Of a stretch of DNA of 64,000 nt, positions 48,576 through 59,011 are shown piece by piece (the stretch's first letter is position 1; every line of letters begins with the position of its first letter). The stretch covers positions 13,418-77,417 of the forward strand of contig CAZWWH010000003.1 in NCBI GenBank assembly GCA_964637365.1, given 5' to 3'. The DNA comes from an uncultured Peptococcaceae bacterium. GTDB taxonomy: Bacteria; Bacillota; Dehalobacteriia; UBA7702. A program made the position numbers and the translations under genes. Under the pieces are notes generated by a model that was not told the origin of the DNA, ran no database searches, and saw only the letters and a program-made list of their open reading frames with translations.

Positions 48576-51500
48576 ATGAAAAACAAGATGAAAGTAATGC
48601 TCTCGCTGGTCTTGACCGTGGCTCTCGTCTTTGCTTTCGTTGCCGTCCCCGTCATGGCCGACAATGACGGCGCCAACACCGCTTCCAACGGAAGCGCCTT
48701 GTCCGCCTCTACTTATCAATACAGCATTGTCCATGTAGACGCCGGCCGCAAATACTTCAGCCCGGACAATATCAAAAAAATTATCGACAACGCTGCCAGC
48801 GCTGGGTTCAATCAGGTGGAACTCTACCTCTCCGATAATCAGGGCTTCCGCTTCGCCCTCGATGACATGAATATTACCACCTCCACCGGAAATACCTACG
48901 ATTTAACCCCCGCTCTTGGCGACGGCTATTCCGACGGTTCCAAATATCCCGATGGCAGCGGCAAATACCTGACCCAATCGGAAATGGACGATATCATTCA
49001 ATACGCCGCCGAGAAAAATATTGAAATCGTTCCCTGCGTAAATACCCCCGGCCATATGGGCGCAATTCTGGAGGAATTTCCCCAATTCTGTTACAGCGAC
49101 AATAAGGGCACTTCCAAAAGCTCCATTGACCTGGAAAATAAAGAAGCCGTGGCCTTTGCCCTTGCCATTACTGAAAAATACGCCGCGTATTTTGAGTCCA
49201 AAGGCGTAAAATACTACAGCCTCGGTGCTGACGAATACGCCAATGACCTTTACTTGAACTACAGTAAAGGTGGCAGAGGCTTTGGTATGCTGTATGATAA
49301 TGATAAGTATCAAGAATTTGTTGACTATCTCAATAATGCCGCCGATATCGTAATAGAAAAAGGAATGACCCCTCGCGCTTTCAATGACGCTATCTATTTT
49401 AATAATGACACTAGCTACAATATCAACAAAAATATCCAAGTTTACTATTGGGAAAATTTGAATAATGATGAATTAGTTGGTCCCTCTGCAACGACTATTG
49501 CAAATCAAGGTCATGAGATGATCAATGCCAATGCAGAATATTATTGGGCCTTGGGCAGCAGCTATTTCCATTGTACAGCCGAAAAAGCTGCCGGGTTTGA
49601 CTACACTAATTTCCATGGCGACTACACCCTCGATCATCCCGTCGGCGCAATGTTCTGCATCTGGTGCGATAATGGCGCCGCCAATGGCCAAGACAATGGA
49701 ACTGCCGTGGTTAACGCTACCGCAGACGTCATCGCCGCTTTTGGCAAGACCTTACCGACAGCACCCGGCAACGATAGTATTTTACCGCTTCCGAACTTTA
49801 AAGCCAGTATGAAGGTTGGAGAATCTCAGGATTTGTCCCTTGGGGAATCCGCGACTTGGGCATCCTCCGATGAAAAAGTCGTTACTTTGGCATCCAAAAC
49901 CCGTGCGGCCGGAGTTACCGGCACAGATGTGACAGCCACCGCCGTGGGCGAAGGGAAAGCCACTATTACTGCCACCACAGAAAACGGCAAAAAATACTCC
50001 TCTGACGTCATGGTAGCTGCCGCCGAAACAAATCTGCAAAAAACCATCTCCTTGATCGTTGGCGGCACCGAAACCGACGTCATCGAAGGCGCGGATTATA
50101 CCGGTAATGTTGATAAAACCGAATTGAAGGAAGCCATCGCCACGGTTTCCGTCAACTATTCGGAAACCCCTGGTGGCACCGGTACACCCGAAAAAGCAAG
50201 CAGCTTGAAAAGCGGCGGCAAGTATATCATTGGTGATGGCAATGGTTATTATCTGAAACTTAGCGGCACAACCATCTCCAGCGTGACGGACCCTGCGGAA
50301 GCTACAGAATTCACCATTACCGGCAGTAACGGCAGCTGGAAGCTCCAAAGCGGCAACTACTATTTGAGACATCGCAATAATAGCCTTTCCGCCAGCACCA
50401 CGGACAACAACAATACCTGGTCTTATAACAGCACAGGATTTTATTATAACGACAACCGCTACTTAAACACCAACAATAGCGGTACTTGGCGAGTTAGCAA
50501 TAATGCCGAAAGCCGACAAGGCGCAGCTTACACCGTAACGCCCACGGAACCCACCAAAACAACTACCGTCACCTTTGAGGGGAAAGCTGCCGGTACCACC
50601 TACGTCACCGTGGGGAACACCCGCTACACCATCAATGTCTCCGAAGAAGATTTGAGCCAGGTAACTCCTCTCACCGTAGAATACTGGATTACCAATGTAC
50701 AAGCAACTGGCAAAAGCTCTAAAGCCCAGAGTGTAAATATTAACGCTGAACAAGCTAATGATGCCGACGGTGTGGAATTGTCAACTTTGATTGATGCCGA
50801 GGCCACTTGGGAATGGAGCGATGATCTTGTATTATGGAAATCTACTCGTCTAACTAGTGATAACAAACAAACCACCGCAGTTAATGTGGATAGAACATCT
50901 TCTGGTGATGATTTTATTTATCTTCGTTATTGGAGTAGTAAATGGAGTTTCTCCAACGATCGCGAAAATTGGGTAGATATCAATAATACTGATCAAATTG
51001 TTGCTTATTATCTCCAACGTACAAATATTACTGAAGAGGTTACAACTTTGGTGAAGGACTGGGGATATGATCATGACACGATTCAAGAGTTTCATGATGA
51101 CAACAAAAATCAGGAATATTATCAAGTAGGTTTATCTCTTGGCGTTGTTTATCCTTCGGGGCAGATTTCCCCTGCGGAAGCGGACTTCTATAAATTGTCT
51201 ACAATCGTTTACAATCTTAACCAAAATCAGTTAACAACCGGTCGCGACATCGGACTGCTCGCTTTCCAGAATAATTCAGATTATAAGGTCTCTAAAATCA
51301 CTTTAACTCGAGGGAGCAATACATCGGATCCGAAGCAAACCTGGCAACCCGATGATACTCTTGCATGGAACAAAAAAACAGATGATAATGGAAATGAATG
51401 GTTTGATGAAATTGTTGTTTGGGATGCAGAGACCAATGGCGGGGAACCTATGGTAAACGGTGCCAAAGATGGTTATAGATGGACAGAACAAAATGAAGCA

Positions 51501-53834
51501 ATTCTCCTTTTAATCTATTTAGAACCCTTAGAGAAAGAAGAATCCCTTATTGTTAAATATTGGGACGACACTACAAATAGTGAAATCTATAATTACCCTA
51601 TTAATGTTAAAAATGTTTCAGGTGATCCCAATAAAACTTTCTTGAACGGTTTAGTTCCTACTTTGGCCGAAAATAATGGGAAATTGGCAGACGACGCTTA
51701 TATTGTAAATTCTGTAGGAGTGCATGAAACTTTTGAAAAAGACTTGACCAAAATCCCTTCCTTAAAAGGCCAATATTCAAACGGTTTCTACCAATATACA
51801 GGCGCTGATATATCCAATGATGGAAAAACATTAACATTACATTATTCACTGAAGCCTGATGCCTTTGCTAAGCAATATGTGGTTGATTTCGGTCTACCTC
51901 TTAATTTAACTGTTGCCGATTTTGGAATCACAAATCCTAATAATATTGAATCTGCTGAGATTATCAGCAAACAATTATATGGGAAATTTTCTGTAGACAA
52001 TGCTAACGTTACTGTAGTCTACACCCCCAGCGGAGTAATGAAGGGTGTAGAGGTTGCGACTCTAAAACTAAATTATAGTGATGGAAGCGTTTCAAATAAT
52101 ATTAACTTTTCCATCTACCCCGCCACCAGCGTTTACTACGAAGAAGGCTTTGCCACTTATTCTGATACTTGGGCCGCCACGAGCGACAACAAAGGTACGG
52201 TAAACCAGGCCGCTTCCTTGGTAGGCTCCGGAGCCAACTATGGCTACGACGCCGCTTATAGTAACGCCACCGGCAACAGCAACGACACCGTTGCGACCTC
52301 CAATGTCGCCGGCTCCTATGCGGACTTTGAATTCACCGGCACCGGTGCGGATGTATACTTCCAGACCAACAACGTGGAAGATCCCGCAACCCCGGAAGTA
52401 GTAAATAACGCCGATACCCATCCGCATTTCACTGCCTGGGTTTATAAAGACGGTACATTGAAGGAAATCAACTACGTTGACTCCAACAACGCCTTTACCG
52501 GAACCAACGCCAACAACGGCTACAATACTCCCTGCTACTCCTATCGCGGCAGCGAAGCCGGTAACTACAAAATCACCATCTGCGTGGTAGATGGAACAAC
52601 CAGCATCGACGGCTACCGTGTTTACAACACCTTGGGCAAGACCCATGATGTTTATAAGCAGGATAAGGAAGATAATCCCGAGCTGGTGGAAATCCGCGAC
52701 CTCGTCATCGCCAAAATTGGTAATAACTACAATAAAGCAGAGGTGAAAGACTGGCACAAAGCCGGCGAAGGCCTCATCAAAGCAGTTTATGATGCTACCG
52801 GTGAAAGCACTCACGGCGCTGTCATTTTGGAAGATACTACTGTAGACGGCGATGCGACAGTCAACACCGAACTTATTGACATCGGGCCCAAAAACGAGCT
52901 TTATCTCAAAGCTGGTCAAACCGTGGCTATGACCATTAAAAATGTTCCCACTAACGGCACCGTCCAGGTCGGCATGAGAAGCCTCACCGGTACCGAAGTA
53001 TCTTATCAAATCAACGGTGAAGAAGCCAAACAAATGAACTCCGCTGTGGATATGTTCTATCCTGTAACGCTTGGTGAAAACGGGAACTTAGTGATCACAA
53101 ATAATGGCAGCGGCATCCTGGCTCTGACCTACCTCAAGGTTACCGCAGGCGCTGACTCCGGCAATGCCGGCACTTCCTCGGTAGAAATTATTTCCGATGC
53201 CAACACCATGGAATACGCCCTCAAGGCCATTGCCGGTGTTACCGATGACAACAACGACAACAAAAACGACGTGAAATTTAACGACGTTCCCCAAGGTTCC
53301 TGGTATGAAAACCATGTCTATGACCTGGTAGAACTTGGCGTCATCGGCGGTTATCCTGATGGAACCTTCCGTCCTGACGGCTATGTGACCCGCGCAGAAT
53401 TCACCAAGATGCTGGCAAAGGCTTTCGCTCCTGAAAAAGATTTTCAGGCATATAAAGTGAAACAGGACTTTGACGACTGCAAAACCAGTTGGGCTGCTGG
53501 TGAAATTGCCTGGGCAAAGGAAATGGGAATTGTAAAAGGTGTGTCGGCAACGGAATTTGCCCCCAACGCACAAATTACCCGTGAACAAATGGCCACCATG
53601 CTGGGGCGTTTGGAAGAGTTCAACCTTGTGAAGCTCAAAGCAACAGAAGAAGAAAAGACCTTTACCGATAGCAACAAAATCCAGAAATATGCCAAGGAAT
53701 ACGTTACCTTGCTGCAAAAAGCCGGCATCATCGGCGGCCGCACCAATGGAGAATTTGATCCCCAAGGCAATACCAAACGCAGCGAAGCCGCAAAAATGCT
53801 GAACCTGATTCTGGATTTCAGAACCAAGATCTAA
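48576..53834 (+). CDS. Large surface GH20 beta-N-acetylhexosaminidase with Ig-like and SLH domains
   Basis: Signal peptide; DAGRKYFS, NTPGHM, GADEY and GAMFCIWCD (GH20); three C-terminal SLH motifs. Confidence 0.9.
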   Translation: MKNKMKVMLSLVLTVALVFAFVAVPVMADNDGANTASNGSALSASTYQYSIVHVDAGRKYFSPDNIKKIIDNAASAGFNQVELYLSDNQGFRFALDDMNITTSTGNTYDLTPALGDGYSDGSKYPDGSGKYLTQSEMDDIIQYAAEKNIEIVPCVNTPGHMGAILEEFPQFCYSDNKGTSKSSIDLENKEAVAFALAITEKYAAYFESKGVKYYSLGADEYANDLYLNYSKGGRGFGMLYDNDKYQEFVDYLNNAADIVIEKGMTPRAFNDAIYFNNDTSYNINKNIQVYYWENLNNDELVGPSATTIANQGHEMINANAEYYWALGSSYFHCTAEKAAGFDYTNFHGDYTLDHPVGAMFCIWCDNGAANGQDNGTAVVNATADVIAAFGKTLPTAPGNDSILPLPNFKASMKVGESQDLSLGESATWASSDEKVVTLASKTRAAGVTGTDVTATAVGEGKATITATTENGKKYSSDVMVAAAETNLQKTISLIVGGTETDVIEGADYTGNVDKTELKEAIATVSVNYSETPGGTGTPEKASSLKSGGKYIIGDGNGYYLKLSGTTISSVTDPAEATEFTITGSNGSWKLQSGNYYLRHRNNSLSASTTDNNNTWSYNSTGFYYNDNRYLNTNNSGTWRVSNNAESRQGAAYTVTPTEPTKTTTVTFEGKAAGTTYVTVGNTRYTINVSEEDLSQVTPLTVEYWITNVQATGKSSKAQSVNINAEQANDADGVELSTLIDAEATWEWSDDLVLWKSTRLTSDNKQTTAVNVDRTSSGDDFIYLRYWSSKWSFSNDRENWVDINNTDQIVAYYLQRTNITEEVTTLVKDWGYDHDTIQEFHDDNKNQEYYQVGLSLGVVYPSGQISPAEADFYKLSTIVYNLNQNQLTTGRDIGLLAFQNNSDYKVSKITLTRGSNTSDPKQTWQPDDTLAWNKKTDDNGNEWFDEIVVWDAETNGGEPMVNGAKDGYRWTEQNEAILLLIYLEPLEKEESLIVKYWDDTTNSEIYNYPINVKNVSGDPNKTFLNGLVPTLAENNGKLADDAYIVNSVGVHETFEKDLTKIPSLKGQYSNGFYQYTGADISNDGKTLTLHYSLKPDAFAKQYVVDFGLPLNLTVADFGITNPNNIESAEIISKQLYGKFSVDNANVTVVYTPSGVMKGVEVATLKLNYSDGSVSNNINFSIYPATSVYYEEGFATYSDTWAATSDNKGTVNQAASLVGSGANYGYDAAYSNATGNSNDTVATSNVAGSYADFEFTGTGADVYFQTNNVEDPATPEVVNNADTHPHFTAWVYKDGTLKEINYVDSNNAFTGTNANNGYNTPCYSYRGSEAGNYKITICVVDGTTSIDGYRVYNTLGKTHDVYKQDKEDNPELVEIRDLVIAKIGNNYNKAEVKDWHKAGEGLIKAVYDATGESTHGAVILEDTTVDGDATVNTELIDIGPKNELYLKAGQTVAMTIKNVPTNGTVQVGMRSLTGTEVSYQINGEEAKQMNSAVDMFYPVTLGENGNLVITNNGSGILALTYLKVTAGADSGNAGTSSVEIISDANTMEYALKAIAGVTDDNNDNKNDVKFNDVPQGSWYENHVYDLVELGVIGGYPDGTFRPDGYVTRAEFTKMLAKAFAPEKDFQAYKVKQDFDDCKTSWAAGEIAWAKEMGIVKGVSATEFAPNAQITREQMATMLGRLEEFNLVKLKATEEEKTFTDSNKIQKYAKEYVTLLQKAGIIGGRTNGEFDPQGNTKRSEAAKMLNLILDFRTKI

Positions 53835-53861
53835 CTCTTAAAAATTCATATCATATGATTG

Positions 53862-53897
53862 GATTTACCCGGCCTCATAAGAGGCCGGGTAAATTTA
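53862..53897. terminator. Hairpin terminator
   Basis: ATTTACCCGGCCTC-ATAA-GAGGCCGGGTAAAT. Confidence 0.85.
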
Positions 53898-54066
53898 TGA
53901 TTGTTGTATTATAGTTTTGATGATTAACATGCCGATACTTTATGGAATATGGCGCAATTTGCCACAGAGAAGCCATTGCACCCCGCAATAAAAAATGATA
54001 TAATGAACGTAACAAAAGCATGGTTTTTCTTGTTTGAAGCTATCTATCCCTAAAGGGACACCGAAA

Positions 54067-54415
54067 GGGGATGTACTGGTTTTCGACGGGGGAAGGATTG
54101 ACTTTGTAAGCGAGCCGGCGTTCCATATGGCCGTAAAACTGTGGGCAAACAATAAATGACAAACAAGAATTAGCTTTAGCTGCTTAATTGCAGTCTAACC
54201 TCAGTCGCTTTGTTCCTGCGATGAGCGTCATGGGGTCATTAGGTCAGGATACCGCACTGCTTATTCTCGGCGGCATTGCGGGAAACTCCATCGAGATGGC
54301 ATAATGGGCCTTTGTTTGTGTAGACCCATTATGCGAGACCAAACATAAACTGCGCTCGGAGAAAGCATTGTGGGTTCTCTTTCGGACAGGGGTTCGACTC
54401 CCCTCATCTCCACCA
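54067..54415 (+). ncRNA. ssrA: tmRNA, tag (A)DKQELALAA*
   Basis: 5' GGGGATGTACTGGTTTTCGAC; tag ORF 54158-54187; 3' GGTTCGACTCCCCTCATCTCCACCA. Confidence 0.97.
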
Positions 54416-54596
54416 AAAAATATTCCTCTTTTTAAGGGGAATATTTTTATATCTATATAATCCTATTCATGTTTAAAAAGTATAGCCACAAATTTAAAAC
54501 AAAGAATGAGGACTAAGGTTTTCGTGCCTTAGCCCTCGTTTTTTATTGAGATGATGTACCCAGTAACAAGACTGGTAACGGTTCCTGATATTGGCA

Positions 54597-55397
54597 TCAA
54601 TTTTTACCGGAATTCTCAATTCCCACAAAGTGATTCAGGGGGCCTCTCCCATGGGCTCCCACATCCAACTTTGCCCCAATGGCGTTGGTAATGTATATTT
54701 TTGCGATTTCCACCGCTTTCTTCATCGTTTTCCCTTGTGCTAAGCGGCAGGCAATAGCTGAGGAGAGTGTACAGCCGGTGCCATGGGTATTGGGGTTGTC
54801 GATGCGGCTGCCGAAAATCCAATGAGCCTTGCCATCGAAGTAAAGAAGATCGTTGGCGTCATTTTCGCTATGGCCACCCTTCAATAAAATATAGCCCTGA
54901 TACCACTGTGCCATGGCTTCGGCGGCATAAACCATGTCATCGGCGGAGTCAATGGCAAGGCCGCTCAGGGCCTCGGCCTCGGCACGGTTGGGAGTAATAA
55001 TATCCGCCAGGGGAATTAGCTCTTCCTTCAAGGCCTGAGAAGCCGTGGAGGCCATAAGGGCGCTGCCACTGGTGGCAACCATCACCGGGTCTACCACGAT
55101 ATTCTTGGCTTTGTACTGCTTTAACTTTTGAGCAATGACCTGAATCAGATGTTCGTTGGCCACCATGCCGATTTTCACCGCGTCGGGGAAAAGGTCAGTA
55201 AACACAGCATCCAGTTGCTCCGCCAAAAATTCTGGGGTGCTCTCTAAAATTGAGGTGACTCCCAACGTGTTTTGAGCTGTCAGCGCTGTAATGGCCGACA
55301 TTCCGAATACGCCGTGGGCACACATGGTTTTAAGATCCGCCTGAATTCCGGCGCCGCCGGAGGAATCGGAACCGGCAATGGTAAGAACTTTTCTCAT
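54597..55397 (-). CDS. thiD: HMP/HMP-P kinase
   Basis: LTIAGSDSSGGAGIQADLKT, DPVMVATSG and THGTGCTLSSAIA. Confidence 0.97.
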   Translation of the reverse strand: MRKVLTIAGSDSSGGAGIQADLKTMCAHGVFGMSAITALTAQNTLGVTSILESTPEFLAEQLDAVFTDLFPDAVKIGMVANEHLIQVIAQKLKQYKAKNIVVDPVMVATSGSALMASTASQALKEELIPLADIITPNRAEAEALSGLAIDSADDMVYAAEAMAQWYQGYILLKGGHSENDANDLLYFDGKAHWIFGSRIDNPNTHGTGCTLSSAIACRLAQGKTMKKAVEIAKIYITNAIGAKLDVGAHGRGPLNHFVGIENSGKN

Positions 55398-56033
55398 TTA
55401 AAATACCTCCTCGCAAAGAACCCGCAGGTTACGGGCATTTTCATAACAATTATCACCGGAAAAAATTGCCGATACCAGAGCTGCTCCCGCAGCCCCCAGA
55501 CTTTTCAGCTCTTTGATATTTGTTTGATTGATACCGCCGATGACCACAAAGGGCAGGGAAACTGCCTGGGCAATGGCCCGCACTGTTTCCCGTGGCGTTA
55601 CTGTGGCGTCGTCCTTAGTGGAGGAGGGAAACATGGCCCCCACGCCGAGATAGTCGGCGCCTTGGGCTTGAGCATTTGTGGCCTGCTCAACGGTGCGGGC
55701 AGTCACGCCAAGGATTTTACATGGTCCCAGGGCCTGTCTGGCTTCCCTGACGCTGCCGTCCTTTTGGCCAATGTGAACGCCGTCGGCGTCTATGGACAAA
55801 GCAATGTCCACCCGATCATTGATAATGAGGGGCACCTGATAGTGATCGGTCACTTCCTTTACCGCTTTGGCTTCGGCCAACAACGCTTCGTCAGAGAGGT
55901 GCTTTTCCCGCAGCTGCACACAGGTAACACCGCCTTTGATGGCTTCCTCCACGGCTTCTGACAGGTACAGGCCCTCTAAATGGCTGCGGTCCGTCACCGC
56001 ATAAAGAAGTAATGTTTCCTTATGAATATTCAA
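55398..56033 (-). CDS. thiE: Thiamine-phosphate synthase
   Basis: LYAVTD, VQLREK, IINDRVD, GVHIGQ.D and IGGI. Confidence 0.97.
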   Translation of the reverse strand: MNIHKETLLLYAVTDRSHLEGLYLSEAVEEAIKGGVTCVQLREKHLSDEALLAEAKAVKEVTDHYQVPLIINDRVDIALSIDADGVHIGQKDGSVREARQALGPCKILGVTARTVEQATNAQAQGADYLGVGAMFPSSTKDDATVTPRETVRAIAQAVSLPFVVIGGINQTNIKELKSLGAAGAALVSAIFSGDNCYENARNLRVLCEEVF

Positions 56034-56132
56034 AAATAATCACCTCTTTTTGATTTACCGAAAGGACAGGAAAAAACGAGCTGAAACGGGAAATATTCCC
56101 GATCCCAAGGGCGACGGCAGGGAGATCGCTCA

Positions 56133-57314
56133 TTACGATTTCTTGATCGCTGTCTTTGCCCCGTGGCAGACGGCGGAAAGTATGGCCAAGATCACCATCA
56201 CCGGCACTGTGCTGCCTACTACCGTATCGATGGAAAGGAATACCCGGTACAGCCCGAAGCCCATGGCCCAAAGCATGGCGTTGTCCCAGCGGAATACCGC
56301 CTCCATAGAGCGCTGTTGAAAGACAAAGTATTCCATCAGCAACAGTGTTACCATGGGCACGAAGAAGGAGCCGATGAGATACAGGAAATTTTCGTATTGG
56401 TCCATGGGGAAAAGCAGGGCCAAGACCGTGGCCACGGCACAAACAATCAGAGCAAAGGTTTTTTCCCCTTTGCCGTCGCTGAGATTGGTAAAACTGACCC
56501 CGGCGGAATAAGCGTCCAAAAAAGTGGTCGTTACCGTGGAGAACAATGCCACCAACAGCGCCACCACGCCAAAACCCGCCGCCGCCAGCACAATACCGAT
56601 GTCGCTTTCCCCTGCGTAAAGGGCCAGGGCCATCCCAATGACGTACATCCAAACACTGCCGATAAAATAAGTGACAGCAGAAATAGCGGCAGTGCGTTTT
56701 GGTTGATTGCTGTCTCTGGTGTAGTCCCCAATCAAGGGCAGCCAGGACAAGGGCATGGCAATGCTCAGCTCCACTGCGGCGCCGAAGGTCAGAGAACCTT
56801 CAATGGCCTTCATTTCACCGCTGCCAAAGACCACAAAACTCATGATAATGGTGAGAACAAAGAGTCCTCCCACAGCGAAGACGTTGATTTTTCCTACGTT
56901 TTTCATGCCGGCAATGATCCAGACACCCACCAAAACGCCGATGAGAATGGTCCAAAGGGCGCTGTTTTCATAGCCCGCCAGCAAAGAGACAGTTTGGCGC
57001 AGCACTGCGCTGCCGCCAATAATCATAATGGCGGTCCAGCCCAAAAGCTGCACAATGTTAAAGATGGAAAAGGCGTAGGAGCCGTAACGGCCAAAGGCAA
57101 TGCGGCTTGATTTCATGGTGGGTTCTTTGGTTTCCGCACCGATCAGGCCAATCAGATACAGCAGCACACAGCCAATGGCATGGCCCAGAAGCACAGCGGC
57201 CACCCCCTTCCCCCAGCCCAACGGGGCGAAAAGTGTTCCTGTCATCATTTCCGCCAGAGACACAGCAGCGCCGAACCATAAGAGTCCGTGGCTCAAAGTT
57301 TTTGGTAGTTTCAT
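56133..57314 (-). CDS. cytX: Putative hydroxymethylpyrimidine transporter CytX
   Basis: LLWFGAAVSLAE, QLLGWTAIMI, MPLSWLPLIGDY and STVTTTFLDAYSAG; TPP-regulated. Confidence 0.92.
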   Translation of the reverse strand: MKLPKTLSHGLLWFGAAVSLAEMMTGTLFAPLGWGKGVAAVLLGHAIGCVLLYLIGLIGAETKEPTMKSSRIAFGRYGSYAFSIFNIVQLLGWTAIMIIGGSAVLRQTVSLLAGYENSALWTILIGVLVGVWIIAGMKNVGKINVFAVGGLFVLTIIMSFVVFGSGEMKAIEGSLTFGAAVELSIAMPLSWLPLIGDYTRDSNQPKRTAAISAVTYFIGSVWMYVIGMALALYAGESDIGIVLAAAGFGVVALLVALFSTVTTTFLDAYSAGVSFTNLSDGKGEKTFALIVCAVATVLALLFPMDQYENFLYLIGSFFVPMVTLLLMEYFVFQQRSMEAVFRWDNAMLWAMGFGLYRVFLSIDTVVGSTVPVMVILAILSAVCHGAKTAIKKS

Positions 57315-57379
57315 TGGTTTCCTCCTTGCAATAAAAAAAGATATACCCGATGGTATACCTGCCGAATTTTTGAGCCCTA

Positions 57380-57474
57380 TGTCTCATCCCTACGGTGGCA
57401 TTATCCACATCAGGTCGAAGGGTCGAAGCTCCGTTTCGCTTCCTCTCAGCCTGATGGTTCAAGCTCCCCTGTCT
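57380..57474 (-). promoter_or_regulatory. TPP riboswitch
   Basis: Minus strand: GGGGAGC..GGCTGAGAGG..GACCCTTCGACCTGATGTGGATAATGCCACCGTAGGGA; terminator hairpin near 57330-57360. Confidence 0.95.
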
Positions 57475-57591
57475 ATTGTTATTGACAATTATATCATAAT
57501 TTCTCTTACGATGCAATGAAAAAAACGGTGCGTTTACAGACAAAAAGGCCGCTTCGGACAAGGGTCGAAAGCGGCCAAATTCGTTTATCTA

Positions 57592-58728
57592 TCAATAGGA
57601 CTCAATAAAGAGTTTTTTTACCTGCTGCAAATGGGGAGTTACAGGATTGGTGGCGGTGCAGGTGTCGTGGAAAGCTCTGTCGGTAAGCTGTTCCAAGGCG
57701 CTTTCGTACTCGTCTTTGGGAATATTCAAATCCCTGGCGCCGGCGGGCAGCCCCGTTTGACGGCGCAGCTCCACGATGGCGTCAACCAAACGCGCTGTGA
57801 GTTCTCGTTCATTTTCACCACCAAAGCCCAGCATACGGCTGATGACGGCGTATTTTTTCCGCACGGGAATACCGCTGATGGCAATGGCACGGTCAATGCC
57901 GCCGTTGAAGGAAATTACCGCCGGCAGGAACACGGAATTGGCGCGCCCGTGAGAAACGTGGAAATGAGCCCCCAAGGCGTGGGCCATGCCATGGCAAAGC
58001 CCCAGCTTGGCGTGGTTAAAAGCGATCCCTGCCATACAAGAGGCATTGAGCATGGCGGTGCGGGCGTCCAGATCCATGCCGTCCTCCACGGCCCGAGGAA
58101 GATTGCGGAATACCAGAGACACTGCTTTTTCCGCCAGTGCGTCGGAAAAATCCGTAGCCAAGGGGGAAACATAGGCCTCCAAAGCGTGGGTTAAAACGTC
58201 GAAGCCAGTGTCCGCCGTGACAGAGGGCGGTACGCTTTGGGTAAAGCGGGCATCGAGAATGGCGTAATCAGGAAGCATCCCCTCCGCTTCCAGAGGATAT
58301 TTTGTTTCGTTTTCCGTATCGGTAATTACGGAAAAGGAGGTCATCTCCGAGCCGGTACCGCTGGTGGTGGGAATGGCAATGGTGATGGGACGGCGACCGT
58401 CGTCACAGTTGCCGTAAATCAGACCAATGAGCTTGGCGGTATCCAACACTGAGCCACCGCCGACAGAAATAATGGCGTCACAACCACTTTCCTTGATATC
58501 GGCCACGCCTTTGGCCACAGTGGCGTAGTCGGGATCGGGAATCACATCGGAGAAGACATGATATTCGGCAGGAATGGCTTCCAACAGAGCGAAAATCTCA
58601 TTGAGCATACCGGATTCCACCACAAAGCGGTCGCAGACAATGCAGGCCTTGGTGATGGGAAGGTCGCCGATATGGAACAGAGCTTTATCGCCGCAAAATA
58701 CTTTTGTTTTTACAATAAAATGATTCAT
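57592..58728 (-). CDS. Iron-containing alcohol dehydrogenase (PduQ-like)
   Basis: GGGSVLDTAK, IPTTSGTGSE, DVLTHALEAY and HGMAH..HG. Confidence 0.93.
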   Translation of the reverse strand: MNHFIVKTKVFCGDKALFHIGDLPITKACIVCDRFVVESGMLNEIFALLEAIPAEYHVFSDVIPDPDYATVAKGVADIKESGCDAIISVGGGSVLDTAKLIGLIYGNCDDGRRPITIAIPTTSGTGSEMTSFSVITDTENETKYPLEAEGMLPDYAILDARFTQSVPPSVTADTGFDVLTHALEAYVSPLATDFSDALAEKAVSLVFRNLPRAVEDGMDLDARTAMLNASCMAGIAFNHAKLGLCHGMAHALGAHFHVSHGRANSVFLPAVISFNGGIDRAIAISGIPVRKKYAVISRMLGFGGENERELTARLVDAIVELRRQTGLPAGARDLNIPKDEYESALEQLTDRAFHDTCTATNPVTPHLQQVKKLFIESY

Positions 58729-59011
58729 GCGATTGTCTCCGTTTACAGTTATTATGTGTTTTTTATTTGATTCTATGGTGTGCCATAGGGTTTTTCTTTA
58801 ATAATTTATTATAAATAATATTTAAATTTTTGTCAATCGTTTCAGCACTATCGTCTAAACCAGTAGCGTTGTTTTGCTAAAGCAACACAAAAAAAGAAGC
58901 CCTTCTGTTACAGGAAGGGCTTCTTGGCTCACCGAAAAACACGATTTTCCACAAGATGTCAGGGGCTTCTATCCGTTAAAATACGATGTCAATGGCCCCT
59001 TCATCCTGAGA

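Noticed and set aside
54416-54596. Island integrated at the tmRNA 3' end
   Set aside because: No integrase or duplicated ssrA end; only terminators before thiD
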